A stretch of DNA of 64,000 nucleotides from Candidatus Latescibacterota bacterium (GTDB taxonomy: Bacteria; Latescibacterota; UBA2968; GCA-2709665): assembly GCA_965208835.1 (NCBI GenBank), contig OZ242358.1:1696001-1760000 (forward strand), given 5' to 3'. Shown piece by piece: positions 37,474 to 47,653 of this stretch. The position numbers and the translations under genes are program-made. Below the pieces are notes generated by a model, which was not told the DNA's origin, did no database searches, and worked only from the letters and a program-made list of their open reading frames with translations. Position 1 is the first letter of the stretch; every line of letters begins with the position of its first letter.

Positions 37474-38239
37474 ACAGATCCGGAACGTGCTGGAGGCCGT
37501 CCGCGAGAACGAACTGGACGTCGACAGCGCAATGGATCAGTTAAAGAAGCTCCCGTTTGAAGATCTGGGATTCGCGCACGTGGACCATCACCGGGCAATG
37601 CGGCAGGGGTTCCCCGAGGTGATTTTCTGCCAGGGCAAGACCGCCGAACAGGTGACGGAAATCGCACGTCGGATTTCGGACTCGGGATCCACGCTGCTGG
37701 CGACCCGGGCCGACCGCGCTCACGCGGACGCCGTTGTCTCCGCGCTGCCGGCGGTTGACTACAACCCGGTAGCGCGGACATTGCTGTTGCGCGGCGACAA
37801 TCCGGGCAAGGTAGCGACGGCGGGCGAGGTCCTCGTCATTTCCGCGGGAACGTCCGATTTGCCGGTTGCGGAAGAGGCGGTTGTGACGGCCGATGCGATG
37901 GGCAGCCGCGTGAGGAAGCTGTTCGACGTGGGCGTTGCGGGGATTCACCGGCTGTTCGCGTACAGGGAACAGATCGACCGGGCGGCGGCGATCGTGGTGG
38001 TGGCGGGCATGGAAGGCGCCCTGCCGTCGGTCGTGGGGGGACTGGTGGAAGTACCCGTGATTGCGGTGCCGACAAGCGTGGGCTACGGCGCCAGTTTCGG
38101 TGGTCTGGCCGCGCTGCTCGGGACGTTGAATTCCTGTGCGCCCGGGGTGGCGGTGGTGAATATCGACAATGGATTCGGCGCAGGTTTTTTCGCGGGTCTC
38201 GTCACGCGCGTGCAGGACCGTGGAGGGGAAGGATCTTAG
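37463..38239 (+). CDS. larB: Nickel pincer cofactor biosynthesis protein LarB
   Basis: DHHR..RQGFPEVIFCQGKT, AGTSDLPVAEEA, DVGVAGIHRL, AGMEGAL, PTSVGYG, VNIDNGFGA. Confidence 0.95.
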   Translation: MTPEQIRNVLEAVRENELDVDSAMDQLKKLPFEDLGFAHVDHHRAMRQGFPEVIFCQGKTAEQVTEIARRISDSGSTLLATRADRAHADAVVSALPAVDYNPVARTLLLRGDNPGKVATAGEVLVISAGTSDLPVAEEAVVTADAMGSRVRKLFDVGVAGIHRLFAYREQIDRAAAIVVVAGMEGALPSVVGGLVEVPVIAVPTSVGYGASFGGLAALLGTLNSCAPGVAVVNIDNGFGAGFFAGLVTRVQDRGGEGS

Positions 38240-38242
38240 CCG

Positions 38243-39697
38243 CTACCCGCGTCCCAGCCCGAGGCGGTTCTCGAGGGAAACGGGGCGTCCCGTGGTATCC
38301 GCAAGCGGGCGTGCCGGAACGGAGCCTTTCGTTTTCAGGCTGACAACCGCCAGACAGACCAGCGCAACCGGTACGGCCATCAGGTCCGCCGGCAGGTCCG
38401 GCGTCAGATAGATGAAGCAGATCCAGGCAACGAAGCCCGAAACCATGGCTGCGAGCGCGCCGGGGAGATTGGCCCGGGGCCACCAGATTCCGGCGGTGAG
38501 CGGCACGAAGAGGGTGGCCAGCAGGATCGACCACGAATTCACCATCAGCGTATAGACGGTATTGTGCGCCAGGGCGAGGTAGAGGGCAATCAGCCCGAGA
38601 ATCGGGACGCTGATGCGGCAGATCCTGAGAATGGCACGTTCGTCGGCGTCCGGTCGAACGTAGCGGGCCAGATCCCAGCCGATGACGCTGGCAGGGGCGA
38701 GCAGCGCGCTGTCCGCACTGCTCATCAGGGCGGATACGAGCGCTCCCAGGAATACCGCCATCGCCAGGGGCGAGAGGTATTTCATGCCCAGCCGCATCAT
38801 GATCATGTCCGGATCGGCGAGGTCGGGAAAGATGAGGGTCCCGGCGATGCCGAGAAAGACCGGCAGCAGCCCCACCGTTAGATAGAGCGCCCCGGCAAGG
38901 TAGGCGCTGTTCTGTGCAACGGTCTCGCTCCTGCTTGAAAGGCTGCGCTGAATAAGATCCTGCCCCGCGAGATTTCCGAGTCCGATGACCAGCCAGTCCC
39001 TGGCGTAGGCGAACCAGCCGGGTGCGCCGGCGTCCCGGGGATAGAGGTAAAACCGGTCTTCCGGGATGCGCGCGCTGATTGCCGACCATCCTCCCATATC
39101 GTTCAGCAGTAGCGGCGTGATGACCAGGAGCCCCACCGTCAATACGGCAACCTGGATGAAATCCGTCAGCGTGACGGCCCACATGCCTCCCGCGGTCGTG
39201 TAAACGAGGACGATCGCGGCGCCGATACAGATACCCAAGGTGGGGTCGAGTCCGGTGAGCGATTGGATGACCCGCCCGAAAGCGACCATGAGGGACGCCA
39301 CCCATCCCAGGTACGCCGGGATGGTACACAGCGCGGCTACCGCGCCCGCTGAGGGCCCGAAGCGGCTTTCGAAAAAGCCCGCGATGGTCGTCAGGCCCAT
39401 TCGCCGCATGACTCTCACGTAGAAGAGCCCCGCGAGGAAGAGACAGAGGGCCGCGCCGAACGGGTCGGCGATAACGCCAAGGAAACCCTTCTTGTAGGCC
39501 TCGCTTGCAGCGCCGATGACGATCCCGCCCCCGAACCACGTGGCCGCCAGGGTCCCGGTGGCCAGCAAGACGCCCAGCCTCCTTCCCGCGACGATGAAGT
39601 CCGCGGAGCCTTTTATCCGGCGCCCGGCGTACAGCCCGACCCCCAGGGTTATCAGGATGTAGACCGAAAGACCGAGAATGATTGGAAGGTTGGGCAT
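38243..39697 (-). CDS. Sodium:solute symporter family protein
   Basis: DFIVAGRRL, ATWFGGG, GGMWAVTLTDFIQ, SALMSSADS; many TM helices; start at MPNLP. Confidence 0.92.
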   Translation of the reverse strand: MPNLPIILGLSVYILITLGVGLYAGRRIKGSADFIVAGRRLGVLLATGTLAATWFGGGIVIGAASEAYKKGFLGVIADPFGAALCLFLAGLFYVRVMRRMGLTTIAGFFESRFGPSAGAVAALCTIPAYLGWVASLMVAFGRVIQSLTGLDPTLGICIGAAIVLVYTTAGGMWAVTLTDFIQVAVLTVGLLVITPLLLNDMGGWSAISARIPEDRFYLYPRDAGAPGWFAYARDWLVIGLGNLAGQDLIQRSLSSRSETVAQNSAYLAGALYLTVGLLPVFLGIAGTLIFPDLADPDMIMMRLGMKYLSPLAMAVFLGALVSALMSSADSALLAPASVIGWDLARYVRPDADERAILRICRISVPILGLIALYLALAHNTVYTLMVNSWSILLATLFVPLTAGIWWPRANLPGALAAMVSGFVAWICFIYLTPDLPADLMAVPVALVCLAVVSLKTKGSVPARPLADTTGRPVSLENRLGLGRG

Positions 39698-39717
39698 GGC
39701 GAAAGGTGGAATCCGGT

Positions 39718-40869
39718 TTATTCGATTCGGTTGTGCTGTTTCATAATATCGACGAGTCGATCCAGCGGGAGGCCGGGCATCTTCCTGCCGTCCCGCCCGG
39801 TCATGGTGTCCGCGGCGCAAAGTGCGTTGACGATGGCTTCTTCCGTCGCCTCGACCGTGGCCTGCAGGAGCGGGTTGAGGCGGTGGTCGCGCAGGGTGTG
39901 AACCGTATCCACAGTCGCCGCATCCCGCGGGATGCGGCGGGCGGTGGAGAATGCGAGGGCCAGGTCGCCGCTGCTGGTTCTCGAGAAGGTGCCGGTGCGG
40001 CCCACGCCCAGAGCGGACCGTTTACAAAGCCGCCGAAGCTGGATGGGGATCAGCGGCGCATCGGTGGCGATGATGATCACGATCGAGCCGTCGCGGGTCG
40101 GGGGACTCGCTTTCGTCGGCAGGTGTCGTCCGACAGGAACGCCGTCGATGACCAGATTCGGACGGCGGCCGCAGTTTGCTACGACGAGCACGCCCAGGGT
40201 ATAGCCTCCCTGGGCTTCGTTGAGTACTCGCGATGCGGTTCCGATTCCCGCCTTGAAGCCGTAGGCGCGCATGCCGGTACCGGCGCCAACCGAGCCTTCG
40301 GCAACCCGACCGCCAGCCGCGGATTCAATTGACTGTATGACATGAGCCTCTTTTACGTGGCGGCCCGCGATGTCGTTCAGGCCGCCGTCGTAACATTCGG
40401 CCACTACGGGAAGGGGCACGCGCCCCGGGTTCTTCTGAAGCATATAGGCAACGACCCCGCTGTACCCTTCGCCGACGCTCAGGGTGTTCGTGATGATCAC
40501 GGGCACCTCGAGCAGACCCCGCTCGTTGATCCACTCCATACCAGTCATTTCGCCGTTGCCGTTGAGCGCTTCCGCCGCCGCGAAGACCTGGTTCAGATAG
40601 ACGTCGTCGGGCCGGGGCACCACCGCGCTGACACCGGTGCGTACGGGACCCTTCCCGGCAACCAGTTCCCCCTCGCCGCTGATCAGTGTGACGTGCCCCA
40701 CCCCCACGCCGGAGACGTCGGTGATGGCGTTTCGAGGGCCGGGCGCGAGCGTACCGATGAGGATGCCGAGATCCCGTGCGCGGGGGCGTTGGGCGCCGGC
40801 GGTGCCCGCGCAGAGAGCGAGACCGAGAAGCGATATTGCCCATCGGCGGATTTTCGGACGGGAAATCAT
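39718..40869 (-). CDS. P1/S58 family peptidase (DmpA-like aminopeptidase) with signal peptide
   Basis: NAITDVSGVGVGH, NGNGEMTG, VVAEC.DG, EGSVGAGTG, SSGD, EATEEAI. Confidence 0.92.
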   Translation of the reverse strand: MISRPKIRRWAISLLGLALCAGTAGAQRPRARDLGILIGTLAPGPRNAITDVSGVGVGHVTLISGEGELVAGKGPVRTGVSAVVPRPDDVYLNQVFAAAEALNGNGEMTGMEWINERGLLEVPVIITNTLSVGEGYSGVVAYMLQKNPGRVPLPVVAECYDGGLNDIAGRHVKEAHVIQSIESAAGGRVAEGSVGAGTGMRAYGFKAGIGTASRVLNEAQGGYTLGVLVVANCGRRPNLVIDGVPVGRHLPTKASPPTRDGSIVIIIATDAPLIPIQLRRLCKRSALGVGRTGTFSRTSSGDLALAFSTARRIPRDAATVDTVHTLRDHRLNPLLQATVEATEEAIVNALCAADTMTGRDGRKMPGLPLDRLVDIMKQHNRIE

Positions 40870-40998
40870 AACGCGTAAAGCGGGATTCCTGCTGTCGGCA
40901 GACGGGTTTCACTGAAGCGTCAGGATGTCTCCTGCGCACGGAAAGCCCGGCCCGCGTTTTCCCTCACATGCGGATCGAGCCGGGTGACGATTCGCCTC

Positions 40999-42198
40999 CT
41001 ACCTCAGGCGAAGTCCACATCTCGAAAAAAACCCTTCTTTCAAAGAATCCGCCTGACGCGCCCGGTGGGTTCTGCCCTTCCAGACGAAACTTCCGAACGA
41101 TCCGAACAGCCCCACCAGAGTCGTATAAGGCATCTGCAGGAGTTCCCACACCGGCAGCACCGGGAGCAGGTCGGTCCGGCCGAAAAGTCGGGCGCCCGTC
41201 CATACCACCGCCAGATCCGCCAGCGTTTTGCCTGCCAGACACGACAGGGGCAGGCCGAAGGCGTTTTTTCCGATACCCAGGATAATTCCAGCCGGAATGA
41301 GGAGGTTGAGCAGAAATACGTTCGCCAGATAGACGAAGAAGAGAGGGTTGAGCGCCGCCATGTTTCGGGCGTTCGACGCCCACCGGCGCCGCTGGGTCCA
41401 GAAGCCGGCCAGGGATTCCGCCCGCCGGGTGCTGACATAGGTGCGGGGATCGTCTGCAAATGCGATCTTCGCGCCGGCCCGTCGGAACAGCTGAAGCAGG
41501 AGAACGTCGTCGCCGGAAGGGCAACGGGCGACCTCTTCGAAGCCGTCGACCCTTTCGAAGAACGCCTTCCGATAGGCGAGATTCTGACCGGATGCAGCCA
41601 GCGGCATCCCGAGGTTGGCCGCGCCGGCCGAAGCGCACATGAGCGCGAGAAAGTCGAAGGCCTGGATGCGTTCCGTGGGCGTGAGCCGGTCTCCGGCGGT
41701 TTTTACCTGCGAGAATCCGATGACGACGTCCGCACCGGCTTCGAGTTGGGATACCATTCCCGATACCCATGTGGCCGGGACGGAGCAATCCGCGTCGGTA
41801 GTCAGAATGATGGGCCCGCGCGCCGCCCGGACGCCTTCGGAAAGGGGCCGTTTCTTTGCGGCCATGTGCCGAAAGGCGTCGGTAACTTCAATGCATTGGA
41901 TGTGTGGATATTCAACGGCATAACGCGCCACGATTTGCGCCGTCCCGTCCGTCGAACCGTCGTCGACAACCAGGACTTCGTACCGGTCGGCGGGATAGCT
42001 CTGGCCGGCCAGGCCCTTAAGGCAATCGCCGATGTACCCGGCTTCGTTTCTGGCCGCGATGACGACCGATACGAACGGAGAGGCGTGGGCATCGGCGCGC
42101 CGTTTCCTTCGCCGCAGGCCGGCCAGAAACGCAATTGCGGCGCCGAGGTAGATTGCCGTCGATATCAACAGGAACGCATTGATCGGAATGGTCGACAC
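40999..42198 (-). CDS. GT2 family membrane glycosyltransferase
   Basis: SVVIAARNE, VDDGSTD, TTDADC, SGDD, QRRRW; N- and C-terminal TM helices. Confidence 0.92.
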   Translation of the reverse strand: MSTIPINAFLLISTAIYLGAAIAFLAGLRRRKRRADAHASPFVSVVIAARNEAGYIGDCLKGLAGQSYPADRYEVLVVDDGSTDGTAQIVARYAVEYPHIQCIEVTDAFRHMAAKKRPLSEGVRAARGPIILTTDADCSVPATWVSGMVSQLEAGADVVIGFSQVKTAGDRLTPTERIQAFDFLALMCASAGAANLGMPLAASGQNLAYRKAFFERVDGFEEVARCPSGDDVLLLQLFRRAGAKIAFADDPRTYVSTRRAESLAGFWTQRRRWASNARNMAALNPLFFVYLANVFLLNLLIPAGIILGIGKNAFGLPLSCLAGKTLADLAVVWTGARLFGRTDLLPVLPVWELLQMPYTTLVGLFGSFGSFVWKGRTHRARQADSLKEGFFSRCGLRLR

Positions 42199-42323
42199 GG
42201 GTATCCGGGGTTGGCGGCGGTTGTATTTGGTAGAGGGTCAGTAACGACGCGAAATGACGACAATCGGCGGTCTGTGGCGACCCCTCATCGTTACTTCACT
42301 CGATTTCGGCAGGATGCCTGGAT

Positions 42324-43382
42324 TCAGTGTTTTACCTCTTCGATGTCGTAGAACATGCCCTTGATGCCCTCGGAACAGTTATTGCAGATGGGTACAGCGG
42401 ACCGGTCCTTGAGGATGGCATTTCTGAAGTCGGTATATGCCTCTCCGGACCAGACGCTGTCGAAGTCCGGGTCTTCGAGCGCGTTGCCCAGGCCATAGTG
42501 CACGTCTTTATCGAAGCAGCAAGGTGAAACGGCCCCGTCCCAGTTCACCACAGTACTGAACCAGAGATGCCTGCAGGCATTGGTGATCTTGCCGTTCATC
42601 GTGAGATTGTCCGCGTCGTAGCGGTAGCGGCTGTAGGATTCGTCTTCGGGAAGGTACTGTTCCGCTTCGGTATCGGTATACACCTGGGCCGTCTTCAGCG
42701 AGAGCCGGTCCACGCCCAGTTCGCGTGCGAGGTTCCTGGCGGCTTCGATTTCGGACTCGTTGTGCTTGAAGATGATGAACTGCAGGTGGATGACGGGATT
42801 GTCCGCATTCAGTGCCCTCTTGGCCGTACTCAGAAAGCGAATCCCGTCAAGAACCCGGTCGAAGTTGCCTCCCACGCGATATTTGACATAGGATTCCGGT
42901 GTCACACCGTCGAGGGAGACCACGATTTCATCCAGACCGGAAGTGACGATATCCTCGGCGTCGCTTCGGCTTCGGATGTAGTGGACGTTGGTGCTGGTGA
43001 TGGTGGGTACGTTGTGTGCTTTCGCCAGACGGAACATGTCGGTCAGACGCTTGTTGATGAAGGGTTCGCCCTGGTTCCAGAGCATCAGCAGCAGGAGGTC
43101 CTTCGCCTGTTCCTCAAAGATTCGCTTGAAGGCTTCGTATTCCATCGTGCCCCTGGGCCGCGTCAGTCCGCCGTTGCCGGATGGGCAGAGGGGGCATTTC
43201 AGATTGCAGAGGTTCGTCGGTTCCATCATCAGGACGAAGGGGCGGCCCATGCGGATATCCCGTCCGGCCAGTCGCGACAAGCCGTAGGAGAAAACCACCT
43301 TGGCGGCATTCCAGGCGCGCCGGGCCGTGAGCGTCCGATGGTAGCGCGCAACGGTCCTGGGCAACAGTCTGAGTGAGAGCAT
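42324..43382 (-). CDS. Radical SAM protein with SPASM/twitch domain
   Basis: CNLKCPLC, QGEP, SLDG; C-terminal C..LW...VNWDG.V.PCC...CNNC. Confidence 0.92.
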   Translation of the reverse strand: MLSLRLLPRTVARYHRTLTARRAWNAAKVVFSYGLSRLAGRDIRMGRPFVLMMEPTNLCNLKCPLCPSGNGGLTRPRGTMEYEAFKRIFEEQAKDLLLLMLWNQGEPFINKRLTDMFRLAKAHNVPTITSTNVHYIRSRSDAEDIVTSGLDEIVVSLDGVTPESYVKYRVGGNFDRVLDGIRFLSTAKRALNADNPVIHLQFIIFKHNESEIEAARNLARELGVDRLSLKTAQVYTDTEAEQYLPEDESYSRYRYDADNLTMNGKITNACRHLWFSTVVNWDGAVSPCCFDKDVHYGLGNALEDPDFDSVWSGEAYTDFRNAILKDRSAVPICNNCSEGIKGMFYDIEEVKH

Positions 43383-43384
43383 GT

Positions 43385-44485
43385 CTACTTCCAGCGGGAG
43401 GGCGCCAGTACGCCTGCGGCGCAGATGACGACGACATACGGTACGGAAATCAGTTCAAGGAGCGGAAACAGCCGGAGGATCTTCCGCGCGTGGTAACGGC
43501 GGGCGGCTCTGGAAAGCAGCAGCCAGTCGGCGAGTAATTTCGCCGCAACCATCAGTCCGAAGGGGACGCGGAACGCCGGGTGGTGCCACGCGAGGAAAGG
43601 CGCCGCGGCGAGAGCCACGTGGAATATATAGATACACACCGAGACAAGCAAGACTGAAAATCCGTAGTGTACCGCTTTTGACTGATAGCGCACCTGGCGG
43701 CGAAAAAGACCGTCGGCATGGGGGTGCGAGTCCACCCTGGCTTCCGGATTGAACCGGATACGCCAGCCCGTCCGGGTGGCGATGCGCCGCATCAGCAGGA
43801 CGTCGTCCCCGCCGCGTATATGGCCGATGGGCGCGAAGCCGCCAGCGTCCTGGAAGGCTGCTCTGCGGTATGCCAGATTCCGCCCGGAACAGGTCAGCGG
43901 AATACCCAGGCCCATGCTGCCCGCCGCGAGTGTGGATACCACGAGGCTCTGCAGGGCAAGCAGTCTGGATAGCAGACCCTTTCCAGGCAAAAGGGGCGCG
44001 TATCCGGCGACCATGCCGACCTCGGGGTCGAAGGCGCGTACCGTGGAAGCGATCCAGTCGGTGGAGGGAATACAGTCGGCGTCGGTGGTGAGGATGATCC
44101 TCCCGGCGCCGGCGCGGATGCCCGCGTCCAGGGCACTCTTCTTCGGGCAGGCGAGCGCACTTTCGGAAACCCGCACGACCTTGAGACCGGGAATCCGATC
44201 CGTCCAGGTGAGCGCCCGGCGGGCGGTATCATCCGTCGAACGGTCGTCGACGACGATGACTTCGGTGCGTTCGGGAGGATAGGTCTGTTCGGCGATGGCC
44301 GCGAGGCACGTTTCGATGCTGTGGGCTTCGTTGCGGGCGGGAATAACCACTGTGACGTCGTGAAGTTCTGCGTTGCAACCCGAGGCCAGGCGACTCAGGC
44401 CTCGATGGATGGCGCCTGCGACGATGACATAGATCAGGCATAGGAGATAGGTGGCAGAAACCAGCGCTTCGATCGTCGATGTCAT
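43385..44485 (-). CDS. GT2 family membrane glycosyltransferase
   Basis: VVIPARNE, VDDRSTD, TTDADC, NLAYRR, GGDD. Confidence 0.92.
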   Translation of the reverse strand: MTSTIEALVSATYLLCLIYVIVAGAIHRGLSRLASGCNAELHDVTVVIPARNEAHSIETCLAAIAEQTYPPERTEVIVVDDRSTDDTARRALTWTDRIPGLKVVRVSESALACPKKSALDAGIRAGAGRIILTTDADCIPSTDWIASTVRAFDPEVGMVAGYAPLLPGKGLLSRLLALQSLVVSTLAAGSMGLGIPLTCSGRNLAYRRAAFQDAGGFAPIGHIRGGDDVLLMRRIATRTGWRIRFNPEARVDSHPHADGLFRRQVRYQSKAVHYGFSVLLVSVCIYIFHVALAAAPFLAWHHPAFRVPFGLMVAAKLLADWLLLSRAARRYHARKILRLFPLLELISVPYVVVICAAGVLAPSRWK

Positions 44486-45663
44486 GTATCACTGGCGCGG
44501 CGGTTATCGCCGATGCACTGCCTGATCCAGGCCAGATTGGCCGGCGGCATAATACCGTAGTTGTAGAACGAAAAGCGGCGGATGCCCAGTTCCAGCGCGC
44601 GTTCGACGCCCGCGCCGAGCGTCGGGGCGTCCGGAGAAGCGGGAGGATAGGCCTGGAGCCCCACCACGAGTTGCTGCGGATTCTTCAGGTCCGGGACAAT
44701 ACCGGAGATGGTCGCCTGGATCCGGTCGGCGTCCGGCGTATAGGCGAGTGTTTCCGCATAATCCGCGATTTCCGCGAGGCGTGAGCGATTGATGGCGGCG
44801 TTGAACCGGTCGCCCATGAAGATGAATGAGACGGGGACCCCGGCGGCCGCCCTGACCTCCTCCAGCAGGCTCGCGACCACCTCGTCGCGCATCCGGACGA
44901 ACGGCTCGAGTTGCGGCACGGTGGCGATGAGTTCCTCGGGTGGCTCGGCAGGCGGGATGCCGGATGCCAGGATTCGGCGCAGCCTGTATGCTGCGGCCCG
45001 TGAAAGGGCATCGGGGTCCAGGCCCTTACCCTTCGCGCGGGTCCGACAGGCGTCGCAGAAGCAGAGGGAGAGCAGCATTCGGCCTGCCGACCCCAGGTCG
45101 ACGCCGTGCTTGACGTGATAGTGTGTGTGTCCGAACCCCCCATAGGAGAGGGATTCGCACTCAAGAAGGGCGATTCCGTAGTTTTCTGAAAGGTCTCTGG
45201 CCAGCGCCGCGGCGAAGGCGCGCACACCCGGGTTGGCCGGGCAGAGCCAGGACGTGCTGACGTCTCCGGTACAGGTGACCTCAGCGCATTCCGGATGGCG
45301 GCCGGCCTGGAAGGAATTGTGGAGGAATACCGTCCAGGCGATGAGTTCAATTCCGGCGCCTACCGCGGCATCGGCGGCGTCAGCGTACCAGTTGTCTCGG
45401 CCCATCAGGGGGCTGACGTGCGGTTGTATCGGCGTGTGGGCATACAGGCCCGCGTCGGGCTGGAAATAGACGGCGGCCTGCGGGATCTGGAGCAGCACCC
45501 GCTTCGGCGAATGGGGACGCAGCATCTCGAAGGTATGGTACGCCGCGGCCAGGCTGATGCCATCGAGGCCGATGTCATCCCGGAGCCGTTTTGCAATGGC
45601 CCGGGGGTCGCCGTCGGCCAGGTCCCAGGGGTAAGTCCAGAGGGTTGTGTGAAGGTTGGACAA
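44482..45663 (-). CDS. Conserved hypothetical protein, probable glycoside-hydrolase-like TIM barrel
   Basis: W.YPWDL, LAAAYH, AWTVFLHN, LCPANP.V, LSLCFCDAC, FYNYG. Confidence 0.7.
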   Translation of the reverse strand: MSNLHTTLWTYPWDLADGDPRAIAKRLRDDIGLDGISLAAAYHTFEMLRPHSPKRVLLQIPQAAVYFQPDAGLYAHTPIQPHVSPLMGRDNWYADAADAAVGAGIELIAWTVFLHNSFQAGRHPECAEVTCTGDVSTSWLCPANPGVRAFAAALARDLSENYGIALLECESLSYGGFGHTHYHVKHGVDLGSAGRMLLSLCFCDACRTRAKGKGLDPDALSRAAAYRLRRILASGIPPAEPPEELIATVPQLEPFVRMRDEVVASLLEEVRAAAGVPVSFIFMGDRFNAAINRSRLAEIADYAETLAYTPDADRIQATISGIVPDLKNPQQLVVGLQAYPPASPDAPTLGAGVERALELGIRRFSFYNYGIMPPANLAWIRQCIGDNRRASDT

Positions 45664-46253
45664 TCCGATGTCTCCAGGCCCGGGTGGTGCTCACCGGGAC
45701 AGGCAATTCGCTATGCCGGCGACGGGGCGATCTGCAGTCTGTCCCTGACGCGTTGATTTTACCAACTGAATGCGGCGATCGCAAGTTTTATTGGCAGGAG
45801 TATCAATGGCCAAGACACATGGAAAGGCGAATCTTGGTTGATGTCCCGTGTCCTTCCAGATCACCATGTGTATGATTATTATATTGTTATTATTTTATTT
45901 ACGCCAACGGATTGGAACCTTAGTTAAAGCTGAGAGTGCGTAGAGCCGATGGTTAGATGCTGCTCGCACTCAGGAAGACACACGGTTGTCTAACGAAATT
46001 CGTACAAGGAGCACCGCCAGAGCAGGGCGCGTTCTTCCGTCCACCACCCAAGTACGTTGTTATCCTGGGTTGGCAGGCCGGCGTATGACGTGAGTCCGGT
46101 GAGGGTATTCGCGCCATGCATAAGGCAGGCCCCGCGCCCAGCGGCGACTTTTGGTTCCTTTTGGTCGCTTCAAAAGGAACACGCCGTAGGCAGGGAATTT
46201 GAGGGGGAGTGGTTTTTTCGATTTTGCTTTAACTTGACCGCCGATAGCTGCTT

Positions 46254-47396
46254 CTAAATGTACCCAGTGGACCCATCGGGACGGACTGGCGCCGTGCGCT
46301 GCCAGTGGGGTGGGTCTGAATCCGCGAGCGCGTCTTCGTTCACCTCGATGCCCAATCCAGGACGATCTCTGAGTTCAAGGTATCCGTCCACAGGCAGGTA
46401 CGGATCCGGGACGTATTCCATCCATCTGGAGCCTGCGGGGATGACGTATTCGAGGATCTTGAAGTTGTGGGTGGCCGCGGCAAAGTGCACGTTGACCGCC
46501 GTGGCGATGGGTCCCATCGGATTGTGCGGCGCGATGGTGACGTAGTGGGCCTCGGCGATCGCAGCGATCTTTCGCATTTCCAGAAGGCCCCCGCAGACGC
46601 AGACGTCGGGCTGTATGATGTCGGCGGCCCTGGCGGCGATGAGATTAAGGAACTCGAATCGCGCGTAGAGACATTCCCCGGTTGCCAGTGGCACCTGCAT
46701 CTGGTTGCGCAGCTGCTGCCACGCGGGGATGTGTTCCGGTCTGAGGGGCTCTTCGTAAAACAGGGGGTCGTACGGCGCCAACGCGTTGGCCAGTTGCAGG
46801 GCTCTGACCGGTTCGAAGATCTTGGCGTGCGGATCGAACGCGAATTCCCAGTCGTCGGGGGTGTGCTTCCGGAGGCTCTCGAAATACTCGGCGGCGGCCG
46901 CGCAGACCCGGCCCCAACGATTCGCGTCGGGATTCAGCAGGAAGGGGCTGGTCTTGAACGCCGTGAACCCCCATTGCTCATTCAGACGGTGCGCGCCTTC
47001 CGCCGCGACCTCTCCGGTCGGGCCGCCGCAGCTCTGGTAGACTCTTACCCGGTCTCGCAGGTTGCCGCCCAGAAGCATATAGACGGGTACGTTTGCGGCT
47101 TTGCCGCTGATGTCCCAGAGCGCGTGTTCGATACCGGAAATGGCTGCCAGTCCGGTGCCGCCCGCGGGGAAGCGAAACTGCTGATGAATCTTCATCATCA
47201 GGTATTCGATGCGACGGGGATCTTCGCCGACAAGCCACGTGGCCACGTAGTCGACGATGGGCTCGATAGAGAGGTCCGGCCCGATGGAATAGGCTTCGCC
47301 CCATCCGTACAGGCCCTCGTCGGTCTCGACTTTGACGAGCGCCCTCGGGCGGTTGCTGTAGGTCACGAGGAAGGTCTTTACCGAGGTGATCTTCAT
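46254..47396 (-). CDS. Galactonate dehydratase-like enolase-superfamily enzyme
   Basis: VETDEGLYGWGE, ALWDISGK, FDPH, YEEP, ATGE, QPD, APHN, PGLGIE. Confidence 0.9.
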   Translation of the reverse strand: MKITSVKTFLVTYSNRPRALVKVETDEGLYGWGEAYSIGPDLSIEPIVDYVATWLVGEDPRRIEYLMMKIHQQFRFPAGGTGLAAISGIEHALWDISGKAANVPVYMLLGGNLRDRVRVYQSCGGPTGEVAAEGAHRLNEQWGFTAFKTSPFLLNPDANRWGRVCAAAAEYFESLRKHTPDDWEFAFDPHAKIFEPVRALQLANALAPYDPLFYEEPLRPEHIPAWQQLRNQMQVPLATGECLYARFEFLNLIAARAADIIQPDVCVCGGLLEMRKIAAIAEAHYVTIAPHNPMGPIATAVNVHFAAATHNFKILEYVIPAGSRWMEYVPDPYLPVDGYLELRDRPGLGIEVNEDALADSDPPHWQRTAPVRPDGSTGYI

Positions 47397-47653
47397 GATG
47401 ACAACTCTCCTTTTTCCGGTGATTCGGGCCTGGGATCTGACTCGGGATTGTAATTAAAGAGGTCGCCGGGCGTGCATTCGAGCGCCTGGCAGAGAGATTC
47501 GATGGTGGCCAGGTCTATCCGCTTCGCGCGGTTGTTGAAGATGGCCGAGACCGTATTGGCCTGAAGCCCGGTCAGCCTGGCGATTTCCGAGATCCTGTAC
47601 GGACGGCCGGGTCCCTTTTCGGCCATGACAATATGGAGTTGGAATCTAAGCAT
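47393..47653 (-). CDS. Cro/C1-type (Xre, HTH_26) transcriptional regulator
   Basis: ISEIARLTGLQANTVSAI...IDLATIESLCQALECTPGDLF. Confidence 0.88.
   Translation of the reverse strand: MLRFQLHIVMAEKGPGRPYRISEIARLTGLQANTVSAIFNNRAKRIDLATIESLCQALECTPGDLFNYNPESDPRPESPEKGELSS

Noticed and set aside
42324-43382. RiPP maturase interpretation of the rSAM/SPASM gene
   Set aside because: No precursor peptide, RRE domain or peptide exporter adjacent; it is flanked by glycosyltransferases instead
45806-45841. AGGAG-preceded 11-aa ORF MAKTHGKANLG
   Set aside because: Too short, with no supporting promoter, terminator or recognisable homology
45900-46100. attC-like half sites (GTTAGAT 45952, GTCTAAC 45987; also 20330, 22103, 52330, 59899)
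   Set aside because: Could not pair R''/R' boxes with L boxes into convincing attC hairpins, and there is no integron integrase; the 7-mers may be chance matches or eroded remnants
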